This document shows positions 21,594 through 30,975 of a DNA stretch of 64,000 nt, piece by piece (within the stretch, counting starts at the first letter, position 1; each line of letters begins with the position of its first letter). The stretch covers positions 1,408,001 through 1,472,000 of the forward strand of contig CBDDCX010000008.1 of assembly GCA_965226375.1 (NCBI GenBank), read 5' to 3'. The notes beneath the pieces are model-generated. The model was not told where the DNA came from, did not search any database, and worked only from the letters and a program-made list of their open reading frames with translations. The DNA comes from Longimicrobiales bacterium. GTDB lineage: Bacteria; Gemmatimonadota; Gemmatimonadetes; Longimicrobiales; Gaopeijiaceae. A program made the translations under genes and the position numbers.

Positions 21594-23099
21594 GTGTTGA
21601 CCGGATCGTTACTGCGCCGGGTGACCCTGGCTGCGATGTTCATCCTTCCCGGTCGGGCGACCACCCAGGAGATTGTGCCCGTCACGCTCAGCCTGGAAGA
21701 GGCGATCGAGATTGCTCGTCTCAACAACCCGCGCTTTCAAGCCACGCGTAACGATGAGGCCCTGGCCGACTGGGATGTCAAATCCGCGTATGGCTCGCTC
21801 TTCCCGTCCGCGTCGACCAACCTCGGATTCTCCTGGCAGGGCGCTGGTGAGCAGGTGTTCGGGAGCCTGACAGCCGAACAGCTGGGCTTCGCCAACCAAC
21901 CGTCGTTCATGTTCTCGAACTACGGACTGAGCCTGAACTACGGCATCGACGGCAACACCCTACTCGCTCCAGGCCAGGCAAAAGCGAACCGGGTTGCTAC
22001 CCGAGCCGATGTGGCCTGGGCCGCAGCCGAACTCGTCTCTGTGGTCACGCAGAGCTACATCGAGGTGCTTCGCCAGACAGAGCAGGTGCGTGTGTCCGAA
22101 CAACAACGGGAGCGGGCAAGTTTCAATTTGCGACTCGCCCAAGCTCAGTTGGCCGTGGGCACCGCCACAGCCGTGGACGCCGCCCAGGCTGCCGTGTCCT
22201 TGGGGCGCGCCGAGGTCACCATACTCCAAACGGCCAACGCTCTGGAGACGGCGCGTATTCGACTGCTCCAACGAATGGGTGTGGACCTGGACAGCCCCTT
22301 TGTACCGACGACGCCGTTCGTGCTCTCGGAACCCCTGTGGAGCCGGGACGAACTCTACGGCCTGGCGTTGGACGGCAACCCGAATCTCCGGTCGCTCAGG
22401 GCCAGTCGTTCGGCTAGCCGCTACGGAGTAAAGATGGCCAAGAGCGCTTACCTGCCGACCCTGAACCTTCGCGCCGGCATCAGCGGCTTCACTCGACAGG
22501 CCTCCAGTACGGCCTTCGAGCTCCAACAGGCCGAGGCCCAGGCTCAGGGTTCGATTCAGAACTGCCTGTTCACCAACGATCTCTTCGCTCGCCTGGCCGA
22601 CCCACTACCACCCCAGGACTGCTCTTCGCTCGCGTTCACCGACGCCACCGCTCAGCAGATCCGGGACAGCAACAACTCGTTTCCCTTCAACTTTATCCGC
22701 CAGCCGGCCAGCGCCTCGATGACCATCAGCCTTCCCCTGTTCCAGGGCCTCGACCGTCAGCGACAGGTGACGTTGGCCGAAATACAGCTCGAAGACCTGG
22801 ACTACGGCCTCCGGGAACAAGAACTGGCACTGCGTGCGGACATCGCCGCCACCCTGGCCACCGCCCGGGCCGCCTATCGCGCGGCGTTGATCGAGGATCA
22901 GAATCAGATCGTTGCGGATGAGCAGCTCCGGCTGGCTCGGGAGCGCTTCAGTGTGGGTCTGGCGGATTTCCTGGAGCTTCTGGAGGCAGAGACCCTTAAG
23001 GTAGAGGCGGACCGCGAGCAGATCGCAGCTATCTTCGCATACCACGACTCCCTGGCCAATCTGGAAGCGGTGGTCGGAACGCCCTTGCGCATACAATGA
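21594..23099 (+). CDS. TolC-family outer membrane protein
   Basis: LSLEEAIEIARLNNP, AKSAYLPTLNL, ARERFSVGLADFLELLEA. Confidence 0.92.
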   Translation: MLTGSLLRRVTLAAMFILPGRATTQEIVPVTLSLEEAIEIARLNNPRFQATRNDEALADWDVKSAYGSLFPSASTNLGFSWQGAGEQVFGSLTAEQLGFANQPSFMFSNYGLSLNYGIDGNTLLAPGQAKANRVATRADVAWAAAELVSVVTQSYIEVLRQTEQVRVSEQQRERASFNLRLAQAQLAVGTATAVDAAQAAVSLGRAEVTILQTANALETARIRLLQRMGVDLDSPFVPTTPFVLSEPLWSRDELYGLALDGNPNLRSLRASRSASRYGVKMAKSAYLPTLNLRAGISGFTRQASSTAFELQQAEAQAQGSIQNCLFTNDLFARLADPLPPQDCSSLAFTDATAQQIRDSNNSFPFNFIRQPASASMTISLPLFQGLDRQRQVTLAEIQLEDLDYGLREQELALRADIAATLATARAAYRAALIEDQNQIVADEQLRLARERFSVGLADFLELLEAETLKVEADREQIAAIFAYHDSLANLEAVVGTPLRIQ

Positions 23100-23114
23100 G
23101 GCATTGAACGGCCC

Positions 23115-24407
23115 ATGACTGCTAATCGCAAAATCCTCATCGGTTTGGCAATCGTCGTCGTCCTGGGGACCGCCGCCGCCCTGAGCGTCAAGCGCCAACG
23201 CAGCCGGGGTCTCGAGGTGCGACTCGAAGAGGTGATCCGCAGAGATCTCGTCGAGACCGTGACCGCGAGCGGCAACATCCGCGCGGGCCGGGTCGTGGAC
23301 ATCAGCTCCGACGTGTCGGCGAGGGTCGTGGCCCTCCTGGTCGACGAAGGCGACGACGTGCGGGTGGGACAGTTGCTGCTCCGTCTCGATCCGACGCAGT
23401 TCGACGCCACCGCAACGAGGGCCGAAGCCGCCTTGAACCAGGCCATCGCAATGGTACGGCAACAGGAGGCCAGCCTCGAGCGTGTCAGGCGGGATCATGA
23501 GCGGCTCAGAAGTTTGTTCGAGACCGATTCCGACCTGATTGCCCGCCAGCAGCTCGATGATGCCCAGACCGACGTGGAGGTGGCTACCCGTCAGCTCGAA
23601 TCCAACCAGTTCGGGGTGGCCCAGGCGGAGGCGGCGCTCGAGGAGGCCAACGAGCGACTGAGCAAGACGATCTTCACGGCACCTATCGCGGGTAAGGTGA
23701 CCCGGCTGAACGTGGAAGAGGGCGAGACCGTCATCGTCGGAACCATGAACAACCCGGGCAGCCTGGTCTTGACCATCAGCGAACTATCCCACGTCGAAGC
23801 CGTCCTGGAGGTAGACGAGACCGACATACCCTACATCGCGGTGGGCGACAGTACGGTGATCGAGCTAGACGCCTTTCCCGATCGGCTCTTCAGCGGGGTG
23901 GTGACGGAGATCGGCAACAGCGCCATCCGCCCGCCCGCCTCGACCGCGGGAAGCGGCCAGACAGCCGCCATCGACTTCGAGGTCGTGATTACCATGGACA
24001 ACCCTCCGGGAGGCGTCAGGCCCGACCTCTCAGCGACGGCGGACATAGTGACAGCCACCCGCACGAATGTACTTTCCGTGCCGATCATCGCTCTCACGGT
24101 GAGGACCGCCGACGATGTGGAAGGCGAAGACGAGGCCAGGCCGGAGGACGACGACCAGGAGGCCCGCGAGCTCGGTCCGGCGGGTAGACCCCGAGACACC
24201 GACGTCGAAGGCGTTTTCATCGTCATGGATGGCGAGGTCACCTTCACGCCGGTCGAGATAGGAGTGACCGGGCAGGAGCACTTCGAAGTCCTCGACGGCC
24301 TCAGTGCCGGTGATACGATTGTGGCGGGCCCCTACCAGCAGATCCGGCAGCTCGCCAATGGTGACGCAGTCCGCGCCCAGGATTCGGGCGGCGGCGGCTC
24401 AAGCTAG
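23115..24407 (+). CDS. Efflux periplasmic adaptor (MacA-like membrane fusion protein)
   Basis: N-terminal TM, lipoyl halves VDEGDDVRVGQLL and APIAGKVT, VDETDI. Confidence 0.93.
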   Translation: MTANRKILIGLAIVVVLGTAAALSVKRQRSRGLEVRLEEVIRRDLVETVTASGNIRAGRVVDISSDVSARVVALLVDEGDDVRVGQLLLRLDPTQFDATATRAEAALNQAIAMVRQQEASLERVRRDHERLRSLFETDSDLIARQQLDDAQTDVEVATRQLESNQFGVAQAEAALEEANERLSKTIFTAPIAGKVTRLNVEEGETVIVGTMNNPGSLVLTISELSHVEAVLEVDETDIPYIAVGDSTVIELDAFPDRLFSGVVTEIGNSAIRPPASTAGSGQTAAIDFEVVITMDNPPGGVRPDLSATADIVTATRTNVLSVPIIALTVRTADDVEGEDEARPEDDDQEARELGPAGRPRDTDVEGVFIVMDGEVTFTPVEIGVTGQEHFEVLDGLSAGDTIVAGPYQQIRQLANGDAVRAQDSGGGGSS

Positions 24408-24419
24408 CCCCGAGGGACC

Positions 24420-25658
24420 ATGCAGTTCGCTGAAGGCGTTCGACTGGCTCTGTACCAGATCCGCACGGAGAAGCTGAAGAGCTTCTTCAGCCTACTGGGA
24501 GTCATCGTGGGCGTCATGTTTCTGATCGTGGTCGTCAGCGTTGTCGAAGGCATAGACCGATACATCCGAGAGGACCTCTCTTCGGTGGTGTTCGGCGTGA
24601 ATACGGTGACATTGCGGAGGTGGTCCGACGGGCCGAGTTCCGACGGCATGGATAGTAGGGAGCGAGCGCGTCGGCCACGCATCAGGTATGAGGATTGGCA
24701 GGCCGTGCAGCAGCAGATCACAGTGCCGGCCCGAGTCGGAGCAGAGAGTGAAACCGGGGGTGAGGTCGTCGCCGACAACGGTCGTAAGGTGGAGAACGTC
24801 AACATCTCGGCCGTGTCACCGGAGATCCTCCGCATCAGGAACCTCGCCGTGGAGAAGGGGCGACCGTTTTCGCCGCAGGAGGCCGAGCGGGGCACGGCCG
24901 TCGTGGTCCTTGGCATCGACACGGCTGACCTTCTATTCGAATCCCTGGATCCCATCGGTCGCAAAGTGCGGATACGGGGGTTCCCCTACCGAGTCGTAGG
25001 GGTGCTCGAAGAACAGGGCAGCATCTTCGGCATCTCCCTGGACAATAGGGTCATTGCACCGGCTCGCTCACCGATCCAGGCCGTCACCAATCCGAGAGGC
25101 ATCGTCGATCAAGTCGTGGCCCAGGCCCTCGATCCCGCTCACACCCGGGAGCTCCAGCGTGAGATCGAGGGCGTCATGCGGGCCCGTCGACGCCTCCGGC
25201 CGGCAGAGGACAACAACTTTTCCGTGGAAACGGCCGACGAAACGTTGAGCTTTTGGGACAATATTTCACGGATTCTTTTTCTGGCCCTACCTGGGCTAGT
25301 CGCGATCTCCCTCGTGGTGGGAGGGATCGTGATCATGAACATCATGCTGGTGTCCGTCATGGAACGGACGCGGGAGATCGGCGTGAGGAAGGCGATCGGA
25401 GCGCGGCGACGCGATATCCTGAGCCAGGTGCTGATCGAGTGCATCACCCTGTCGGGTGTGGGGGCGACGCTGGGGGTCGCGGTGGGGGTCGGACTCACTT
25501 ATCTGGTGGCCACCTTTTCGCCCCTCCCGGCGGCCGTGGACATCAAGTGGATCACCTTGGGCGTATCCCTCGGGGTCGTCGTGGGAATCGTCTCCGGGGT
25601 CTACCCTGCGTCGCAGGCATCCAAGCTCGACCCGGTCGACGCGCTGAGGCACGAGTGA
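24420..25658 (+). CDS. MacB/FtsX-family ABC permease
   Basis: GGIVIMNIMLVSVMERTREIGVRKAIGA, LDPVDALRHE. Confidence 0.94.
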   Translation: MQFAEGVRLALYQIRTEKLKSFFSLLGVIVGVMFLIVVVSVVEGIDRYIREDLSSVVFGVNTVTLRRWSDGPSSDGMDSRERARRPRIRYEDWQAVQQQITVPARVGAESETGGEVVADNGRKVENVNISAVSPEILRIRNLAVEKGRPFSPQEAERGTAVVVLGIDTADLLFESLDPIGRKVRIRGFPYRVVGVLEEQGSIFGISLDNRVIAPARSPIQAVTNPRGIVDQVVAQALDPAHTRELQREIEGVMRARRRLRPAEDNNFSVETADETLSFWDNISRILFLALPGLVAISLVVGGIVIMNIMLVSVMERTREIGVRKAIGARRRDILSQVLIECITLSGVGATLGVAVGVGLTYLVATFSPLPAAVDIKWITLGVSLGVVVGIVSGVYPASQASKLDPVDALRHE

Positions 25659-25659
25659 C

Positions 25660-26919
25660 ATGAACCGCTTGCATATGCTGGACGAGGGCGTCTCCATCGC
25701 TCTCGACTCCATACGGGCCAACAAGCTTCGCTCCGGTCTGACCATCCTCGGCGTTGCTATCGGTGTGGGCGTGGTCATGATGATCGCAGCGATGGTCACC
25801 GGCATCCGAGAGTCGATCATGGTCGGATTCGAAGCCGCCGGTCCCGACAATTTCGCGGTCATGCGATTCGATTTTACCAGCGTCCGCATCGTCCAGGGCA
25901 ATCAACGCCCCCCCTGGTGGAACAATCCCCGAATCGAACCGGAAGAGGCGGAGCGTCTCGCCAGGCTCCCGGGCGTCGGGGTGGCGCTCTACAACTTCAA
26001 TCTCAGCACCAACATGTCGGTGGACGCCCGCACCGTGCGCAACATCCAGTCTACTGCCTATACCGCAGGCTGGCCCGCGTACACTCCGGGCGACTTTGTG
26101 GCGGGCCGGGACTTCACACCCGCTGAAGTCCGGCAGTCTCGTCCCCTGGTAATTCTCTCCGCGCCCCTGTCACAGGAACTGTTCGGCGACCTGGATCCGG
26201 TCGGCCGGAAGATCCGGGTGAACGCCGGCCGCCGGGGCGTCAGCCAGTCCTTCAGCGTGGTGGGTGTGTTCCAAAACGAGGAGAACATCTTCACCGCCGT
26301 CATCAAGCACTGGGCCATTTTCCCCCATACGGCCGCGATGAAGAGGCTCAAGGCCTCTAACTGGCAAGCCGGGGTGTGGATCGTACCTCGTGACTCGGTG
26401 GATCAGGCGGTGGTGATGGATCAGGTGATCGGGGCCATGCGTTCCATGCGAGGGCTCCGGCCGAAGGAGGACAACGACTTCGCACTCCTCCGCTCCGCCC
26501 AGATCATTGAAGCGTTCAATAAGTTCACGGGGGTCTTTTTCCTCGTCATGCTGGCCCTTTCCTCCGTCGGTTTGCTCGTAGGCGGGATCGGCGTGATCGG
26601 CATCATGATGATCTCCGTAACGGAGCGGACGCGCGAGATCGGCGTTCGCAAAGCGGTGGGCGCGACTCGACGGGAGATTCTCTGGCAGTTCCTCGTGGAG
26701 GCGGCAGTCTTGACTGTTCTCGGGGGAGCCACCGGGATGGCTCTGGGTGCGGGGGCCGCCAAGGGTGTGGCCGCCATGACGCCCATCCCGGCGGCCGTGC
26801 CCCTGTGGGCCGTGGCCGCCGCCCTGCTCATGGCCCTCTTGACGGGTATACTCTTCGGCATCATTCCGGCCTATCGGGCCTCTCGGCTGGACCCCGTCCA
26901 CGCGTTGCGATCCGAGTAG
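25660..26919 (+). CDS. MacB/FtsX-family ABC permease
   Basis: LRSGLTILGVAIG, SVTERTREIGVRKAVGA, LDPVHALRSE. Confidence 0.94.
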   Translation: MNRLHMLDEGVSIALDSIRANKLRSGLTILGVAIGVGVVMMIAAMVTGIRESIMVGFEAAGPDNFAVMRFDFTSVRIVQGNQRPPWWNNPRIEPEEAERLARLPGVGVALYNFNLSTNMSVDARTVRNIQSTAYTAGWPAYTPGDFVAGRDFTPAEVRQSRPLVILSAPLSQELFGDLDPVGRKIRVNAGRRGVSQSFSVVGVFQNEENIFTAVIKHWAIFPHTAAMKRLKASNWQAGVWIVPRDSVDQAVVMDQVIGAMRSMRGLRPKEDNDFALLRSAQIIEAFNKFTGVFFLVMLALSSVGLLVGGIGVIGIMMISVTERTREIGVRKAVGATRREILWQFLVEAAVLTVLGGATGMALGAGAAKGVAAMTPIPAAVPLWAVAAALLMALLTGILFGIIPAYRASRLDPVHALRSE

Positions 26920-26978
26920 GCTTCCGCGCGATCACGACTTGACCCGGGCGCTTCCACTCTCGAGAAGGACATGCACGC

Positions 26979-27704
26979 ATGAGCGACACCTTGGACATCC
27001 TGGCCATCATGGCTCACCCGGACGACGCCGAGTTGCAGTGTGGCGGAGCACTCGCGAAGGCCGCGGCGGCCGGAGATCGCGTCGGAATCCTCGACCTCAC
27101 GCGCGGGGAGGGTGGCAGCCAGGGGTCGCCCGAGCTCAGGGAACAGGAAGCTTCCCATTCCGCCGAAGTGCTGGGTCTCGCAGTCCGCAGGAACGCGGGC
27201 CTCCGTGACACCGGCCTGGTGAACGACCAGGCCTCGAGGGAGACGGTCGCTGGGCTGATCCGCGAGCTGAGGCCCCGCGTCGTCGTAACACACTGGCGCG
27301 AAGGCCGCCATCCCGATCACAGGGTTGCCGCCCAGCTCGTGTACGACGCGTCGTTCCTTGCGGGCCTGAAGAACTACCCGGCCTCTGGCGTCGCCCACCG
27401 TCCGGAGAAGGTTGTCCACAGCGTACTGTTTCGTGAGGACGCCCCTACCCCCTCCTTCGTTGTGGACATTTCGGACTACATCGACACCAAGTTGGCCGCT
27501 CTGACGTGCTTCGAATCCCAGTTCGGGGGGAAGTTCACAGCCGGAGAGGCCTTTGGCGGAGGCCAACGCCCCCTACTCGAACAGGTGAAGGCTCAGTGCG
27601 CCCACCACGGCTCTCGGATTCGGTGCGCGTATGGCGAGCCGTTCTGGACTCGTGAAACGATCGCCCTGGAGTCGCTGGGCGACGACCGCGTGTCGACCTT
27701 TTAG
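26979..27704 (+). CDS. bshB1: Bacillithiol biosynthesis deacetylase BshB1 (PIG-L family)
   Basis: AHPDDAELQCGG, ILDLTRGE, RHPDH, YGEPF. Confidence 0.85.
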   Translation: MSDTLDILAIMAHPDDAELQCGGALAKAAAAGDRVGILDLTRGEGGSQGSPELREQEASHSAEVLGLAVRRNAGLRDTGLVNDQASRETVAGLIRELRPRVVVTHWREGRHPDHRVAAQLVYDASFLAGLKNYPASGVAHRPEKVVHSVLFREDAPTPSFVVDISDYIDTKLAALTCFESQFGGKFTAGEAFGGGQRPLLEQVKAQCAHHGSRIRCAYGEPFWTRETIALESLGDDRVSTF

Positions 27705-27803
27705 AGGGCTGTTGAAGAAGTACAGTGGGGCCCTCTCTGCCAACGTACGTGAGACACGGAGCACGCAAAGAATTAGAGTAGGGCGAAGGCAGAGAAAACG
27801 AAC

Positions 27804-28253
27804 ATGTTGGGACTGCGAGAGAGAATGGCAGAGAATGGTAGTGCCCCTGGAACCGGGGAGGCCAAGCGAAGCGCGGCAGCTCCTGCGGACCCGGAGGTAG
27901 TAGATAGGCCGCTACGGCGGCGGTTCAGTCCGTCGTACAAGCTGCGGATCGTCGAAGAAGCGGACCGGTGCACCGAGCCCGGCGAGGTGGGTCAAGTCCT
28001 GCGGCGAGAGGGCCTGTACTCGTCGCACCTGACGACGTGGCGCAAGGCGGCGCATAGCGGGTCGCTGAAGGCCCTGTCGAAGAAACGCGGCCGCAAGCCG
28101 GAGCGAAATCCGCTGGATGAGAAGGTACGCAAGCTGGAGCGGCGAAACGCACGGCTCGAGAATGAGCTCAGGAAGGCACACCTGATCATCGACGTGCAGG
28201 GAAAAGTTGCGGGGCTGCTGGGGATAAGCCTCGACGACGGGACAAACTCTTGA
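27804..28253 (+). CDS. IS3-family transposase OrfA
   Basis: RRRFSPSYKLRIVEEAD...LRREGLYSSHLTTWR (HTH) followed by a coiled coil. Confidence 0.92.
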   Translation: MLGLRERMAENGSAPGTGEAKRSAAAPADPEVVDRPLRRRFSPSYKLRIVEEADRCTEPGEVGQVLRREGLYSSHLTTWRKAAHSGSLKALSKKRGRKPERNPLDEKVRKLERRNARLENELRKAHLIIDVQGKVAGLLGISLDDGTNS

Positions 28254-29257
28254 AGGCGGCCGATGAGCTGGCTAAGCACGTCGGTGTAAAACCGGCGTGC
28301 GCGGCCCTCGAGGTCTCCCGATCGACGTTGTACCGTCGTCGAGGCCCATCAACCGGGCAACAGCAGCCCCGCCCGACGCCCGCCCGGGCATTGAGCGAGA
28401 CGGAACGAGGCGAGGTCTTCGACACGCTGTGTTCGGAGCGGTTCGTGGACCGCTCACCCGCCGAGGTGGTGGCCACGCTGCTCGACGAAGAGGTCTACCT
28501 GTGCAGCGAACGCACGATGTATCGTGTTCTGGCCTCCGAGGTGCCGGTTCAGGAACGCCGGGCGCAGCGCACCCATCCCGAGTACAAGAAGCCCGAGTTG
28601 ATGGCCACGGCGCCGAACCAGGTGTGGTCCTGGGATATCACGCGGCTGCTCGGGCCGAAGAAGTGGAGCTATTACTACCTCTACGTCATCATGGACATCT
28701 ACAGCCGCTACGTCGTGGGCTGGATGGTGGCGGACCGGGAGAACTCGGCCCTGGCCGGCCGGTTGATCCAGCAGAGCTGCCTGAAGCATGGCGTCCAGCC
28801 CCGGGTCCTGACCCTGCACTCGGATCGGGGAGCTCCAATGACGAGCCAATGCACCGCTCAACTTCTCGCTGACCTCGGCGTGACCCGCTCGTTGAGCCGG
28901 CCTCAGGTGTCGGATGACAACCCGTTTTCCGAGGCTCAGTTCAAAACCTTGAAGTACCATCCCTCGTTTCCCGGACGGTTCGGGGATCAGGGCCAAGCCA
29001 AGACGTTCTGTCGATCGTTCTTCCGCTGGTACAATGCCGAGCACCGCCATGGCGGCATCTCGATGCTAACCCCCGAGCAGGTCCACTTCGGGAACGCCGA
29101 TCAGGTCATTGCCGGCAGGAAATCCGTGCTCCGCGAAGCATGGGCCGCTCATCCCGAACGCTTCGTCAGAGGTGTGCCGAAGCCCAAACCGCTCCCGGAG
29201 GCCGTCTTCATCAATCCTCCCATCCCTTCCCTCACCACACAGGACATTGCTCTCTAA
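28250..29257 (+). CDS. IS3-family transposase OrfB (DDE/rve)
   Basis: PNQVWSWDIT, LHSDRG, DNPFSEAQFKTLK, WYNAEHRH. Confidence 0.95.
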   Translation: MKAADELAKHVGVKPACAALEVSRSTLYRRRGPSTGQQQPRPTPARALSETERGEVFDTLCSERFVDRSPAEVVATLLDEEVYLCSERTMYRVLASEVPVQERRAQRTHPEYKKPELMATAPNQVWSWDITRLLGPKKWSYYYLYVIMDIYSRYVVGWMVADRENSALAGRLIQQSCLKHGVQPRVLTLHSDRGAPMTSQCTAQLLADLGVTRSLSRPQVSDDNPFSEAQFKTLKYHPSFPGRFGDQGQAKTFCRSFFRWYNAEHRHGGISMLTPEQVHFGNADQVIAGRKSVLREAWAAHPERFVRGVPKPKPLPEAVFINPPIPSLTTQDIAL

Positions 29258-29296
29258 TTAATCCCGTAGAGTGTCCCATTGTCGTTGACAGGTTCC

Positions 29297-29332
29297 GGGG
29301 CGCGCGACCCGCGCCTTCGGCGCGGGTGCCCC
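29297..29332. terminator. GC-rich hairpin between convergent bshB1/IS and HIRAN genes
   Basis: ACCCGCGCC-TTC-GGCGCGGGT (29307-29327) flanked by GGGGC/GCCCC; no U tract. Confidence 0.4.
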
Positions 29333-29363
29333 GGGTCTTGCGAGGCTCAGACCAGGAGCGACG

Positions 29364-29702
29364 CTAGACCGCACAGTGAACCTCGAGTAAGAGTCTTCGC
29401 CAGGTCGGTACTTCCGAGCCGTGGATCTTTATGGCCCGGGCATCCGCCCCCCCACCCTGGAGGAGCCACGGTGCTAACCAGGCACTGATCTCCGAAGGTA
29501 GGTGCCCCAGTAGATCCCCCCCCTCGCGGTGCACCCAGACTTCCGGGGCTTCCTGGTCCGGATGGTCGGGGATGAGGTAAAGGGAGGCACCGGTCTTCAG
29601 ACCGTGCAGATGTCTATCACGGCCGGCGAACACCATTCCGTGAACGGTCGCCCTGAACCGTTGCGGCCGTCCCCGTGGGAACGGGGGTCGAATACCTGTC
29701 AT
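29364..29702 (-). CDS. Stand-alone HIRAN-domain protein
   Basis: TVHGMVF...LYLIPD...VWV...LLGHLPSEISAWLAPWL fits the HIRAN pattern. Confidence 0.7.
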   Translation of the reverse strand: MTGIRPPFPRGRPQRFRATVHGMVFAGRDRHLHGLKTGASLYLIPDHPDQEAPEVWVHREGGDLLGHLPSEISAWLAPWLLQGGGADARAIKIHGSEVPTWRRLLLEVHCAV

Positions 29703-29821
29703 CTGAGTCCAGTGCTCGTGTCAAGGTTCACCACCCGGAGCGCATTGGGTATGTTGTCGAAGATACGCGGAAGTCCCGGTCCGTCGAAACGGCCCTCCCC
29801 GCTTTCACCCCATGTGAACGT

Positions 29822-30973
29822 ATGCAACCGATCTACCTGGACAATGCGGCCACAACCCCGCTGCGAGATGAGGTGCGGGACGCGATGCTCCCGATCCTCC
29901 AGGAGGATTTCGGGAATCCGTCTAGTGCTCACACGTGGGGCCGTCGTGCGTCCGCTCGCTTGGAGGAGGCCCGCGAGCGGCTAGCGGAAGCGGTGGGAGC
30001 CAGCCGAGGTGAGATCTACTTTGTCCGTGGCGGCACAGAGTCGGACAACCTGGCGATTCTCGGCCGAGCCGCGGCAGTACGAGCCGACGGCGGATCCGAT
30101 CATGTCGTAACCACGGCCATCGAGCATCGCGCCGTACTCGAAGCGTCCGCCAAGGTGGCGGAGCGAGGTGGACGGTGCACCGTCCTCTCGGTCCAACCCG
30201 ACGGCACAGTCGATCTCGACGCTCTGGAGCGCGCCCTGCAGGATCGGCCCGCCGTAGTGTCGGTAATGACCGTCAACAACGAGGTGGGCCTCCACCTGCC
30301 CGTGGGGGAGCTTGCTGAGCGCGCTCGCGCAGCTGGAGTGAGTCTCCACACGGATGCGGTTCAGGCGATCGGCAAGGTCCCCGTGCGGGTGGACAAGGTG
30401 CCCGTCGACCTCCTCTCGCTGACGGCACACAAGATCTACGGTGCCAAGGGGACAGGGGTACTGTTCGTGCGGGAGGGGGTCGAAATCTCGCCGCTCATTT
30501 TTGGTGGCGGACAGGAACGCGCGCTACGGCCGGGAACGGAAGACGTGGCCGGCGCCGTCGGCATGTCCGTTGCGGTAGATCTGGCGGTACGCGAAAGGGA
30601 GCTCGAGGCCCCACGGCTGGGAGCGCTGAGGGACGACTTGCAGGTGCGCCTGACCGCTGGGCTGGAAGACCTCAGGGTGCACGGTGGCACGGCGCGGCGC
30701 GCTCCTCACATCCTAAACGTCGGCATCCCGGACGTGGATCCACAACTGCTGCTTGCCGGGCTGGACATGGAAGGCATCGCTGCCTCGGCCGGCTCTGCGT
30801 GCGAGAGCGGAGGCAAGGGAGGCAGTCATGTGCTCGAGGCCCTCTACGGCGCCATGGACAACATGGCGGCCCTGCGCTTCAGCGTCGGTCGCTCCACCAC
30901 CAGAGAAGACATCGTCCGCGTTGCAGAGACCACGTTCTCGGTAGTGGCCAGCATCCGAAGTCGGAAGGCGTAA
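29822..30973 (+). CDS. iscS: Cysteine desulfurase (IscS/NifS family)
   Basis: IYLDNAATTP, FGNPSS, HTDAVQ, AHKIYG, GSAC. ATG at 29822 is the probable start. Confidence 0.93.
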   Translation: MQPIYLDNAATTPLRDEVRDAMLPILQEDFGNPSSAHTWGRRASARLEEARERLAEAVGASRGEIYFVRGGTESDNLAILGRAAAVRADGGSDHVVTTAIEHRAVLEASAKVAERGGRCTVLSVQPDGTVDLDALERALQDRPAVVSVMTVNNEVGLHLPVGELAERARAAGVSLHTDAVQAIGKVPVRVDKVPVDLLSLTAHKIYGAKGTGVLFVREGVEISPLIFGGGQERALRPGTEDVAGAVGMSVAVDLAVRERELEAPRLGALRDDLQVRLTAGLEDLRVHGGTARRAPHILNVGIPDVDPQLLLAGLDMEGIAASAGSACESGGKGGSHVLEALYGAMDNMAALRFSVGRSTTREDIVRVAETTFSVVASIRSRKA

Positions 30974-30975
30974 CA

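Larger units (their letters stand above)
27731..29297 (+). mobile_element. IS3-family insertion sequence, copy 1 (1567 bp)
   Basis: Boundaries set by identity with copy 2; GGG target duplication at 27728-27730 and 29298-29300; imperfect terminal inverted repeats; orfA plus orfB. Confidence 0.95.
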
